From Corallochytrium limacisporum Hawaii (Eukaryota > Protista > Pluriformea), in assembly GCA_002811645.1 (NCBI GenBank), contig PDIP01000068.1, forward strand, positions 1-49,890: a stretch of 49,890 nucleotides of DNA. Direction: 5' to 3'. The stretch's first letter is position 1. Each line of letters starts with the position of its first letter. Both the position numbers and the translations under genes were made by a program. The notes beneath the pieces are model-generated. The model was given only the letters and a program-made list of their open reading frames with translations, was not told the DNA's origin and searched no databases. Positions 10,265 through 19,582 of the stretch are shown piece after piece.

Positions 10265-12628
10265 ATGGATAAGGACAATAAAGAAAATCGGGCTGTTGTA
10301 CAGTCCGTGCCGAAAGGAAATGGACAAGCACATGAAGGTTCCGAAGGATGGAAGGTTATTCTTCGGGAGCCTGACAACCAACAGGTAGTGCTTTATAACT
10401 CAAGACTGCGGCGGGTTGTGGTTGAAAACCAAGCTGGACAATTGCCCCTCATCAGCAACCGGGAGAGACTCTTGTCACGGCCGCGGTCTTTTTGCACACA
10501 ATGCGGTCAACGTATAGAGTACGATGACCACTTGCACGCAGGAGATAGCAATCAAGCCCGCTCGCACTATGAACAAGATGATGGGTACATGGATCGTCAC
10601 TACTTTGAGGTCCTTGAAGGAGTCAAAGCCCACGAAGACCTTGGGCCTGTGGGGGCTTCATCGGCCCATCCGGAGGCACTAGAGAATAAGTCTTTGAATG
10701 ACGGATACTATGTACGATTTTTCCGGGAGGAGAGGAAGATAGGTACTGGCGGTAGAGGACATGTGTACAAGTGTCACCATGTCATGGATGGGATTGAACT
10801 TGGCACCTATGCAGTCAAAAAGATTCCGGTGGGCGATAACCACGCTTGGTTGGTCCGCACACTCACAGAGGTTCACATGCTTGAAAAACTACATCATCCC
10901 AACATTGTAGACTATAAACATGCTTGGCTGGAGAAGGCGCAGTTGAACATCATGGGGCCTCCCGTGCCTTGCCTCTACATTCTGCAGGAGTACGCAGATT
11001 CGGGCAATCTGGCTCAGTATCTGTGGTTGCCTGCGGGAAATGACTCCGCCGCAAGTGATGAGGATAATCTGAGTGAGGCAGAACGCAGGCGCCTAAAGAA
11101 GCGTCAGGAAATTTTGCGGAAAACGAGACAGAGCGAAGCTGGTGCAGAAGGATCACAGTGGGAGACATCACCTGATGCACCAGCGATGGGGAAGGCCAGA
11201 GTGCTCGACGAGGACGAGGTTTGGAACCTGTTTTTGGATCTTCTGATGGGGTTGAATCATTTACACCACCATGACATCATTCATCGTGATCTGAAGCCCC
11301 AGAACATGCTTTTACATAGAGACCAGCCTGGCACCGTGCCCCGCCTACTGATTAGCGACTTTGGCGAGTGCATTGTAGCGGACCATGCGCCGTATCGGCG
11401 GACGGGAGCAACAGGAACTATTGAGTATGTAGCACCTGAGCTACTCGCTGTGACAGAAATGGGAGAGTATGAACATGATGCAGATGTGAAGAGCGACATG
11501 TGGTCAGTTGGTGTACTTTTGTATGTGATTGCATACGGCAGGCTGCCATGGCGCACCCCAGCAGCGAACATTGCAGACCTTCGGAGGGAAATTCGGGCAT
11601 TTGACTATGTGACATTCCCGCGTGACGTTCCAATCGAACGATCGAAAGAGCTACAGAGTGCAATTGCGTCCCTGATGCGCCGAGAGCCTTCGGAGAGACC
11701 GGATACGTTGCTCATGCTCGAAGCGACCCGACGCTATATGAAAGTAAGAGCTAAGATGCAAAAACATGCGCGGAGATCAGCGACAGAAGAAGTTTCAACC
11801 TCGGTGAGCACGGCAGTTACGAAGAAATCACCAGGTACCAGAATCCACAAGGTGAAGTCCAACTTTGATCTCGATGCCGCGAGCAGGGCGATTGCTGGTG
11901 TTCACAGACGGGAGAGCAATGAGCTAGTTCCCACCAGTCCAGAGCATGGTGCACTTGTGCCTATGAAACCGACTCCTTTCAATGAACAGGAAGTAAGTGG
12001 CACACGTAGCCGCTATACCAGTGCTTCGGATGGACCTTTTGAGGACGAGAATGTTGTCCCATCGCATTCCCAACCATTAGCACTGCCAGCACCCGAGCAC
12101 GAGAACGTAGCCGCCAAGGACAAAGAAAGCACTGGGGAGCATCCAAATCCACCAAATATCAGCGTCACCGTTCGCGAAATGACGGACTATCCACTGTTTG
12201 CAATGAAGGGCATCCATCTTGCAAGCAAGATTGCCTTGGTCCTACCAGCTGTGCCATCACAAACCGGTGATCCTACTAGTGTGCTTAATCTTATTATTGA
12301 TCAACCGTCCCTTGTGCCGTTCCTGATGTCTGAAACATGGAACCTCTCACAGAGCACATCCAATTCTCCCACGAATGCCTTGTTTAACCATCTCTCCACC
12401 TTACTCTTCGACAATGCTAATGTCATTCTCGCTTCTCTTCTAACCAGCCAAACCCTGCCCAGTACAGAGACCTGGCTCTGCTTTCTCTACTACGCTCTGA
12501 CAACCACTGGAGCAGCCTTAGCATACACCATCTGGCGACTCTATAGCAGCCGCTGCAGTGGCACCGATGAGCGAAACGGAGGAGACCAGGACGATGATGA
12601 ACCCCGTAAGAGGCGCAAGATAGACTGA
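10265..12628 (+). CDS. IKS1: IKS1-family Ser/Thr protein kinase with C-terminal hydrophobic segment (787 aa from ATG 10265)
   Basis: Kinase motifs IGTGGRG, YAVKK, HRDLKPQN, SDFGE, GTIEYVAPE and SDMWS. IKS-family signature YYVRFFREERKIG...KKIPVGDNHAWL..L.EV..L..L.HPNIVDYKHAWLE. The track start at 10253 is TTG; the first ATG is 10265. Confidence 0.88.
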   Translation: MDKDNKENRAVVQSVPKGNGQAHEGSEGWKVILREPDNQQVVLYNSRLRRVVVENQAGQLPLISNRERLLSRPRSFCTQCGQRIEYDDHLHAGDSNQARSHYEQDDGYMDRHYFEVLEGVKAHEDLGPVGASSAHPEALENKSLNDGYYVRFFREERKIGTGGRGHVYKCHHVMDGIELGTYAVKKIPVGDNHAWLVRTLTEVHMLEKLHHPNIVDYKHAWLEKAQLNIMGPPVPCLYILQEYADSGNLAQYLWLPAGNDSAASDEDNLSEAERRRLKKRQEILRKTRQSEAGAEGSQWETSPDAPAMGKARVLDEDEVWNLFLDLLMGLNHLHHHDIIHRDLKPQNMLLHRDQPGTVPRLLISDFGECIVADHAPYRRTGATGTIEYVAPELLAVTEMGEYEHDADVKSDMWSVGVLLYVIAYGRLPWRTPAANIADLRREIRAFDYVTFPRDVPIERSKELQSAIASLMRREPSERPDTLLMLEATRRYMKVRAKMQKHARRSATEEVSTSVSTAVTKKSPGTRIHKVKSNFDLDAASRAIAGVHRRESNELVPTSPEHGALVPMKPTPFNEQEVSGTRSRYTSASDGPFEDENVVPSHSQPLALPAPEHENVAAKDKESTGEHPNPPNISVTVREMTDYPLFAMKGIHLASKIALVLPAVPSQTGDPTSVLNLIIDQPSLVPFLMSETWNLSQSTSNSPTNALFNHLSTLLFDNANVILASLLTSQTLPSTETWLCFLYYALTTTGAALAYTIWRLYSSRCSGTDERNGGDQDDDEPRKRRKID

Positions 12629-12974
12629 TATGTCCTCTCTTTCGGCACAATCCGTTACATATAGCCTTGTATAGTACACAATTGAAGCATGAGTCTTTGT
12701 TACATAACAGAAGCATCCATGAACCACGCTGAGCTAAAACCAACACTGAACGTCATTCATCACCGTTCTCTCTGCCCTCGCACTTGCCCCCTGCACAATT
12801 CGTGCGGCCCGCTCGTACTTCTCCGGTGCTCTGGCACCCCACCGAAAAGCTGGCACGCACAGGCAGATCTGGCCACCCCGCCCTGAGCGTCAGCAATACA
12901 ATTTTCGGGGTGTGGGCATCGCCCCGCTTGTAAACTCCCTTCACCACAGAAACCGGACGGGCACGGACAAGGAA

Positions 12975-12977
<3 letters not shown>

Positions 12978-13037
<60 letters not shown>
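12978..13037. repeat. (AG)30 microsatellite
   Basis: Uninterrupted AG dinucleotide run read directly from the sequence. Confidence 0.97.
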
Positions 13038-13041
<4 letters not shown>

Positions 13042-13640
13042 AGAGAGAAAGACGTCGTCCATGAAGGGAAGAATGGGGAGAGAGATCGACCTTGGAGCCC
13101 TCCGATCGAAAGCAAATAAGCTCCTTCTGGCCCCGCGCACAAGTGGGAATGTTTCCGGTAGGGAAAATTGTACCCCGAAAAATATTTAGGAAGGAAGGAA
13201 GTCGGCCCCACGTCACACAATCCGCACCCTCCTCCTCCCCCCTCCCTTTCCCAACTGACGATTATCCCTATTTTTTTCTTCCTTTCCTTTTTTTTCCTGG
13301 CTTCCTTTCCGGTTTCTTAGTATATCTCGTAGACGGTGGTGTAGTTTGGTAGCTTGGGTGGGGTGTGTTTGGTTGGGGTTCGGAACTGGGGCAGAGTCGC
13401 GTGACCGATGGGGTCGCGAGGCGATTCTCGTCCCTCGACTTCCCCTGATACGTAGCGGTGGCGTGTGGGACTGGGCCGGGACGGGACATGACAGGAGGAT
13501 TGTGCTCGGTATTGAAGGTGTTTGAGGGCACTGAAGGAAATCCTTGAAAGTTTATGCGGGTGAAGGTAAGAACGGAAACAGTGGGTGTTCAAGATGCGTC
13601 GTTGTAGTTGCGGTGTCCTTTAATTGTCGGCTTGGTGACC

Positions 13641-15626
13641 ATGTCTTTTCCCGAGACCTACCAGACTCATTCCGTGGCGGAACTCACCGCACGGTTCCAT
13701 GCCTTTCAGGAAGAGCAGCAGAGCACTAATACAACATATTCAGAGAAAGGGATTGTAACAGGTGCTGATTACTGGGAGCACCTGGTCGACACCTACGGCG
13801 ATGCTATGGCTGTGACGAGTGTCCATCATGCTCGTGAGACAGAGCCGAACGCCTCCATTCAGGGTCCTTTCCGGTATTGTGATTTAGATAAACGTGCAAA
13901 TCAGGTTGCAAACTATGTTTTGAAGCGCGGAGATTTACCGCCCCGCAGCAGAGTGGCAGTCATGGTCCATAATTGCCCTCTGTTTTATGCAGTGATTCTC
14001 GGCCTTGCCAAAGTCGGTGTGGAAGCTGCCCTTGTGAACACCAACCTGCGGGAGGACCTGCTTCATGCCACCCTGGACACTGCAGATGCACAACTGGTCA
14101 TGGCAATGGATCGGTACACAGAGCCCCTGATGGAAGCTTTGGGGCGGGACCCCAAGCTGGCTAGGGAGGAAGTTTGCTGGCTCAATGAGCTGGATCTAGA
14201 TTCCAGTCCCATGACAGAATCCAGCAAAAACATGAACCAAATCTTTGGGCAGATGTCGATGAAACGGCCGGACCGTGTTCACCGCTCTGTTATTCAAACA
14301 CGTGAACCAATGTTCTACATTTTCACCTCCGGAACTACGGGACGGTCAAAGGCTGCTAAATTCAGCCACGCGCGGTGGATTGGGGCTGGTGTGGGCTGGA
14401 GTGGACCCTCATCGCTAGTACAGGGCATGAATTACTACATCCCTCTGCCTCTGTATCACGGCAATGCCCTTGCGGTCGCCACCTCTCCTGCCTTCAAGAG
14501 TGGTTGTTGTATTGTACTGCGGGAAAAGTTTAGTGCTTCACAGTTTTGGAACGACATTATCTCCTACAATTGCCAGGCCATGGTATACATTGGTGAGCTG
14601 TGGCGGTATGTGTGGCTGCAGAAAGCCAAGGATTCGGATATTCAGAACCCTCTGGAGATCATCGTTGGAAACGGGCTGCGTCCTGACATTTGGGAGGATG
14701 TCGTCAGTCGCTTCGGCATATCCCGCATTGTCGAACACTACGGTAGCACAGAAATGCCTGCTGGTGCAGTACTGAATTGGACCAACAAACCGGGATCGTG
14801 CGGCTTTGTGCCCACTCAGTGGCGCAAGGACCACGGTGGAGACCGCATCGTCAAGTACGACACAGCGACTGACAGTGTCATGCGCAACTCTGCAGGAAGA
14901 CTAATACTTGTTGGTGACAATGAGGCGGGCGAATTACTCATGACGCTGCCAGAAGGCAAGTATGATGGCTACCTTACCAGGAACGACACGGAGCGCAAGC
15001 TTTATCGGGATGTCTTCAAAGAAGGTGACTGCTACTATAGCAGTGGTGATATCCTGCGCATCGACAACGAGGGATTTTACTACTTTGTCGATCGAGCCGG
15101 TGATACCTTCCGGTGGAAAGGCGAGAATGTGAGCACCACTGAGGTAGCTGAGGCGATGGCAGAAGTTCCAGGCATCCTTGAAGTGAACACCTACGGTGTC
15201 CCTGTGCCGAACCATGACGGTAAGGCTGGTATGGCCAGTCTGCTCGTCGATTGGCTCCTGCAGTGCCCCACGGAGACCGAGGGCAAGTCGATGCAGACTG
15301 CAGCCAATGGAGTGCCCGATGCCTCTGAATTGGGTAGCCGCAGTAGCAGCGTACAGCATGAATTTGATCTCCAGACCCTGTACAACGTCTTGAAAGAGAA
15401 ATTGCCACGTTACGCAATGCCCATCTTCCTGCGCTTGCGTGATGAAGAACACTCGAAAACCTCAACGCTGAAATTCCAGAAGCACTTGTACGTCAAAGAG
15501 GGCTGCGATCCTCGGAACCCTGCCATCACGGACCACCTGTACGTGGCGGACCACAGCGTAGAAGCTTATGTGCCTCTCACTAACCAGATATATGACAACA
15601 TCGTCGCGCACAAACTCCGCGTCTAG
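13641..15626 (+). CDS. FATP/SLC27-type (very-)long-chain acyl-CoA synthetase (661 aa from ATG 13641)
   Basis: AMP-binding YIFTSGTTGRSKAA, plus PLPLYHG, KFSASQFW, YIGELWRY, GNGLRPDIW and the FATP signature YFVDRAGDTFRWKGENVST. Start context ACCATG. Confidence 0.93.
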   Translation: MSFPETYQTHSVAELTARFHAFQEEQQSTNTTYSEKGIVTGADYWEHLVDTYGDAMAVTSVHHARETEPNASIQGPFRYCDLDKRANQVANYVLKRGDLPPRSRVAVMVHNCPLFYAVILGLAKVGVEAALVNTNLREDLLHATLDTADAQLVMAMDRYTEPLMEALGRDPKLAREEVCWLNELDLDSSPMTESSKNMNQIFGQMSMKRPDRVHRSVIQTREPMFYIFTSGTTGRSKAAKFSHARWIGAGVGWSGPSSLVQGMNYYIPLPLYHGNALAVATSPAFKSGCCIVLREKFSASQFWNDIISYNCQAMVYIGELWRYVWLQKAKDSDIQNPLEIIVGNGLRPDIWEDVVSRFGISRIVEHYGSTEMPAGAVLNWTNKPGSCGFVPTQWRKDHGGDRIVKYDTATDSVMRNSAGRLILVGDNEAGELLMTLPEGKYDGYLTRNDTERKLYRDVFKEGDCYYSSGDILRIDNEGFYYFVDRAGDTFRWKGENVSTTEVAEAMAEVPGILEVNTYGVPVPNHDGKAGMASLLVDWLLQCPTETEGKSMQTAANGVPDASELGSRSSSVQHEFDLQTLYNVLKEKLPRYAMPIFLRLRDEEHSKTSTLKFQKHLYVKEGCDPRNPAITDHLYVADHSVEAYVPLTNQIYDNIVAHKLRV

Positions 15627-15749
15627 TATTATGGCCGCGGCCAGGACTTTCGTCCAGTAAAGAATTCTGCATATAAGAAACGTGTACACCATGTTAAAAG
15701 GCATGTTTCATGTAACAATATGATTCCATTAGATTTAAAGAGGTTCCGT

Positions 15750-17084
15750 TCAGGGCAGCTTAACATCTACGCCGACGGCCTGACCGACATGCTCGAAGCC
15801 GTCCCGCCGCAAAAGTTCAGCCAGTTCCTTCTTTATGCGATATACAATGCCCGGTCCCTGCAGGGTCATAGAGGAGTAGATCTGCACTAGACTAGCACCA
15901 TTGCGGATCTTGCGGTACGCATCGACACCTGATGCCACACCACCGACACCAATGAGTGTAATCTTTCCCTCCGTTAAAATGAACATTTCACGCAGTTTCA
16001 CTGTGGCCAGGTCCATAAGCGGCTTGCCAGACAGACCACCAGTTTCGCCCTTATTGCCGCTCTGCAGGGTGTCTGGACGACTGATGGTTGTGTTGCTGAC
16101 AATGAGCCCATCAATCTTTCCCTCCTTACAAACGGCAGCAATGTCTTTCATATCATCGCTGCCCATGTCCGGAGCAATCTTTACAAAAATTGGAGGGTAT
16201 GCAAACTTCGACTTGGGGTCCTGCTCAGCCATTCCGTTGGTGCCAATTTTGTCCTTCAGTGCCTCGTGCCGTGCTGCATGCACGCGATTGACGATGTTGC
16301 TCAGTTCCTTCTTGCCCTGCAGTACACGCAGGCCAGGGGTGTTGGGGCTGCTCACGTTGATCACGAGGTAGTCAGCGTATTCAGCCAGGGCCAGCACACA
16401 CTTTTCGTAGTCACTGGCAGCGTCTTCAGTCGTCTTGTTTTTGCCTACATTGATGCCAATTGGACCGTACCCACCGCTCTCCTGGTCCCAACGACCGTCC
16501 CGGCGCTTCATCATAGCCAGAAAGCGCTCCTTCATTGCCTCGATTCCTCCATTATTGAATCCGAGCCGGTTGATGACCGCACCGTCTTCCATCAAGCGAA
16601 ACATGCGCGGTTTTGGGTTGCCAGCCTGGGGCTTGGGAGTGACGGTGCCGACTTCGACAAAACCGAAGCCCAGGCCTAGCATCTCTTCAGGAATCTCTGC
16701 GTCCTTGTCGAATCCAGCGGCCAAACCTATTGGATTCTCTAGATGTTTGTTGTGGAACGCAGTCGTGTACAGCACGGGGTCCTCCCCGGTGACCTGACGA
16801 GGAATCAATTTCCATTTTCCGGCATTGATGCCTAGACGATGCGCTTGTTCAGCGTCCAGAAGCCTTATGGCTGGCAGTAGAATGAACTGAAAGAAGGGAT
16901 CACAGGTTTCCGCAAATAGAGCGGTACCGAGGACTGCGGTGGCTGCAAGGGATAGGCCAAACGAAGCGATTGGCATGCTCTTCTTTGGGCTAGGTGTGAC
17001 ATATGGACGCTTGGCATGCAAGCCAAGAACAGGGACCGAGCATCTCCTCACAGTTCTTATAATACTTACACTCCGAAGGGACAT
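15750..17084 (-). CDS. DHODH: Dihydroorotate dehydrogenase, class 2 (quinone), mitochondrial (444 aa)
   Basis: Motifs NPIGLAAGFDK, GNPKPRMFRL, INRLGFNN, catalytic loop NVSSPNTPGLR, KIAPD, GGLSGKPL and GASLVQIYS; N-terminal presequence plus hydrophobic anchor. Confidence 0.97.
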   Translation of the reverse strand: MSLRSVSIIRTVRRCSVPVLGLHAKRPYVTPSPKKSMPIASFGLSLAATAVLGTALFAETCDPFFQFILLPAIRLLDAEQAHRLGINAGKWKLIPRQVTGEDPVLYTTAFHNKHLENPIGLAAGFDKDAEIPEEMLGLGFGFVEVGTVTPKPQAGNPKPRMFRLMEDGAVINRLGFNNGGIEAMKERFLAMMKRRDGRWDQESGGYGPIGINVGKNKTTEDAASDYEKCVLALAEYADYLVINVSSPNTPGLRVLQGKKELSNIVNRVHAARHEALKDKIGTNGMAEQDPKSKFAYPPIFVKIAPDMGSDDMKDIAAVCKEGKIDGLIVSNTTISRPDTLQSGNKGETGGLSGKPLMDLATVKLREMFILTEGKITLIGVGGVASGVDAYRKIRNGASLVQIYSSMTLQGPGIVYRIKKELAELLRRDGFEHVGQAVGVDVKLP

Positions 17085-17674
17085 GATGACTATAATTCTA
17101 CAGAAATTGGCAAACTAATCCTGTACACTGATTTATGGTGATCCGAAGGTCATTGCCACTGTCACAAAACCATGCATTCTTTCGCTGAATATCAGGTAGT
17201 GCAAACAATCCTCAATGCAGACACATTAGTGGAGCTCCGGAATTCTCCTTTGTACCATTGCGAAAAGGCCAAAGCACAAAGCACAAATCCGGGCCGTGAA
17301 ACCCGCACGCACGGTTCAGAAGGTGCTTGAGAGCAAGACCATTAAGCATGCACACCTTTTTTTCATCCTCCTTCAACACTATATAGACTCTTCATAGTTC
17401 TCTTGCTGCGCTCACTTTGCTGCGAGCTATGCCGACCGGCTAGGTCACATGCTTTCGTCTGACATCGCCCGTCCCAAGCCGCTATACAGGAAGGAGGGAG
17501 GGAGGAGGGACTAGGAGAAATGGGTGGCTGGGGAGGGCGGGGCTTGGTGCTGCGGACCGAAGCAGGACGAAGTCACGGTGGAAATCGTCAAAGTCGGTAC
17601 GTTTTGCAGCACAGTCATTGTCTGAAGAGCAATTGCAGGTCCTGTATTCTATTATTTACTCGTAGTCTTTGACA

Positions 17675-18217
17675 TCAAATTGAATCGTGCGGCTTGGAGA
17701 ACATCATGTCGCCCTGGAGATCAAACTTGAGGTCTTCAATACACTCTTCGACGTCTGCTTCGATCTGTTCACGGGCGCCTTCTTTGATCTCATCGTAAAC
17801 CTGTTCCTCGATCCGGTCAACGAGGCGGTTTATGAACTGAGGCTCCGTTGAAAGCTCAGATACAAGTGAGTTCTTTAGGTCATGAATGACGTTTTCTTTC
17901 ATGGGAGTCATAAGCGCATCATCCGTGCGCAACTCTGCGGCCATCTCTTCTCCGAGAGACCGTATGATATCGTGTTTGACGCTGTGCTTGAGATCGTAAA
18001 AGAAATCTTTGTCCTTTTTCAATTCTTCAAGAAGCTAATCCCGCAGTATGTGCTTGACTTCGGCATGGAGAGTAATCTACAGTCCGGGACGCAATGCATC
18101 CACCAGGTCTTCGGTATCCCGATCATGCATCCGACACAGTACATCCTTAGCAATCGCTGCCTTCATTTCCTTCATCACCTGGGGGCTCGGGACCATGTTG
18201 TTCTTGAATTCATCCAT
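17675..18217 (-). pseudogene. Interrupted acidic alpha-helical ORF (180 codons, two in-frame TAG); probable pseudogene, family unknown
   Basis: Frame from ATG 18217 reads MDEFKNN...DALRPGL*ITLHAEVKHILRD*LLEELKKDKDFF...KPHDSI*. TAGs lie at 18077-18079 and 18035-18037, with protein-like composition on both sides. Confidence 0.6.
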
Positions 18218-19181
18218 CTGTTTTTGATGGCTTGATCTGCCTGTAAGCGGACATTCTCATAAGTTACCGGTGTAATGTCTCAATTAGGTATCTATCTGGG
18301 CGTAATCGTCTCAAAAGCGAACAGACTTTGATGGCGGTGCTCAGTTTCCCTGGGGTTGCGAGCCTGCACTGCAATCTGGTTGCTGACATGACTACTAGTC
18401 CTCCAATGAAGAATCCGCGAGGTGAAAGCCACAGCTTTTTGTGTTTGTAACAAAATGAATGGATGCGTTTCCGAAACTAGTCCAAGGACACTCATAGATC
18501 TGAGAGTCCTCCTCCGCGTCGCGGCAGTATCCCCACTTCCCTCTCATGTGTGATCGATCCCATCACCTTCCCACTTCCATTCTCGCATTCTCGGATTTGT
18601 GGTAACCATGCCATCCCACCCGCTCCACCAGTGCGGTTTTTGGTAGTAAATATATGGGAAATTCAGTGGATCTCTCGCAAAAAGACTATCTTATCAAGGT
18701 CGAGAAATCAGGAGGAGCTTGTTGGCTTGTTCTAGTCAGTTGTTTCATGATCAGCTTCATGGGTGGCACAGCCGACTGTTCACTCTTAATCAAAGCAGAG
18801 CTTTTCCCAACATCAATTCAACATCGTACTTCTTTCTCACATTAACGAGAAGCGAATGGAAGTAGAAGAGGAGATGCCCAAACCCATGATGGATAGGTCC
18901 CGGAAGAATTTATGTACCCGCAAACTGCAGTGACTGCGCAATGATTTAATAAGGTGTTCAGCTATTCTTCCACCCAATCCCCACCCCTCCCCTACCCTCC
19001 GTCTTTCTCCTTGTAAAGGGTGCCAAGGCGGGTTTCCACAGGTTGGGACCCACATGGAACGTATTCGTAGAAACTCTCTGGTTATTTTGTATGCTATTTA
19101 CGGGTGGTATGTAAATATATCATCATGCTTGATAACATCATCTGATATGTTTGTTCCTGACCAATTCAGCACGCAGAAATA

Positions 19182-19550
19182 ATGACAGAAAAAGCACAAG
19201 ACACAATCAAGCGGAGAAAGCTTGAAGGTAACCCCGAGTCCAATAGGCCATGGAAAGATTACCGCAAGCCGGTGAGTACCATTGTGGGTGTCAAATCATT
19301 GAAGAAGAAATTTGCCCGGCGCATGGAGGAAGCTCGAACAGCGAAGCTGACCAAGATCGAGGAGCGTCAGATGAAGGCCGATAAGAAAGAAGAGCGACAG
19401 GCAGAGATCGAGAGGCGCAAGGAACGTGAACGACGCCGTGAGGAAAACAGAAAAAAGGCCGAAATTGTGCAGAAGGTGTCAACCGCAAAAGTGAAGCGCA
19501 TGAATCGTAAACAGCTTAGACAATTGCGGAAGCGGGCCCATGATGAATGA
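19182..19550 (+). CDS. CGR1: Cgr1/CCDC86-family nucleolar coiled-coil protein, 122 aa
   Basis: G.P.S.RPWK motif, long K/R/E coiled coil and C-terminal EIVQKVSTAKVKRMNRKQLRQL, resembling Cgr1/CCDC86. Confidence 0.82.
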   Translation: MTEKAQDTIKRRKLEGNPESNRPWKDYRKPVSTIVGVKSLKKKFARRMEEARTAKLTKIEERQMKADKKEERQAEIERRKERERRREENRKKAEIVQKVSTAKVKRMNRKQLRQLRKRAHDE

Positions 19551-19582
19551 ATGGTATGAAAACATTTGTAGTTAATTACGAG

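Noticed and set aside
12753-13220. ORFs with poly-(SL) runs
   Set aside because: They are translations of the (AG)30/(CT)30 microsatellite, not genes.
13554-13607. Possible micro-exon ATG CGG GTG AAG plus a 42-nt GTAAGA..TAG intron extending FATP
   Set aside because: No CTAAC branch site or pyrimidine tract, and much shorter than the supported introns. ATG 13641 has a good context.
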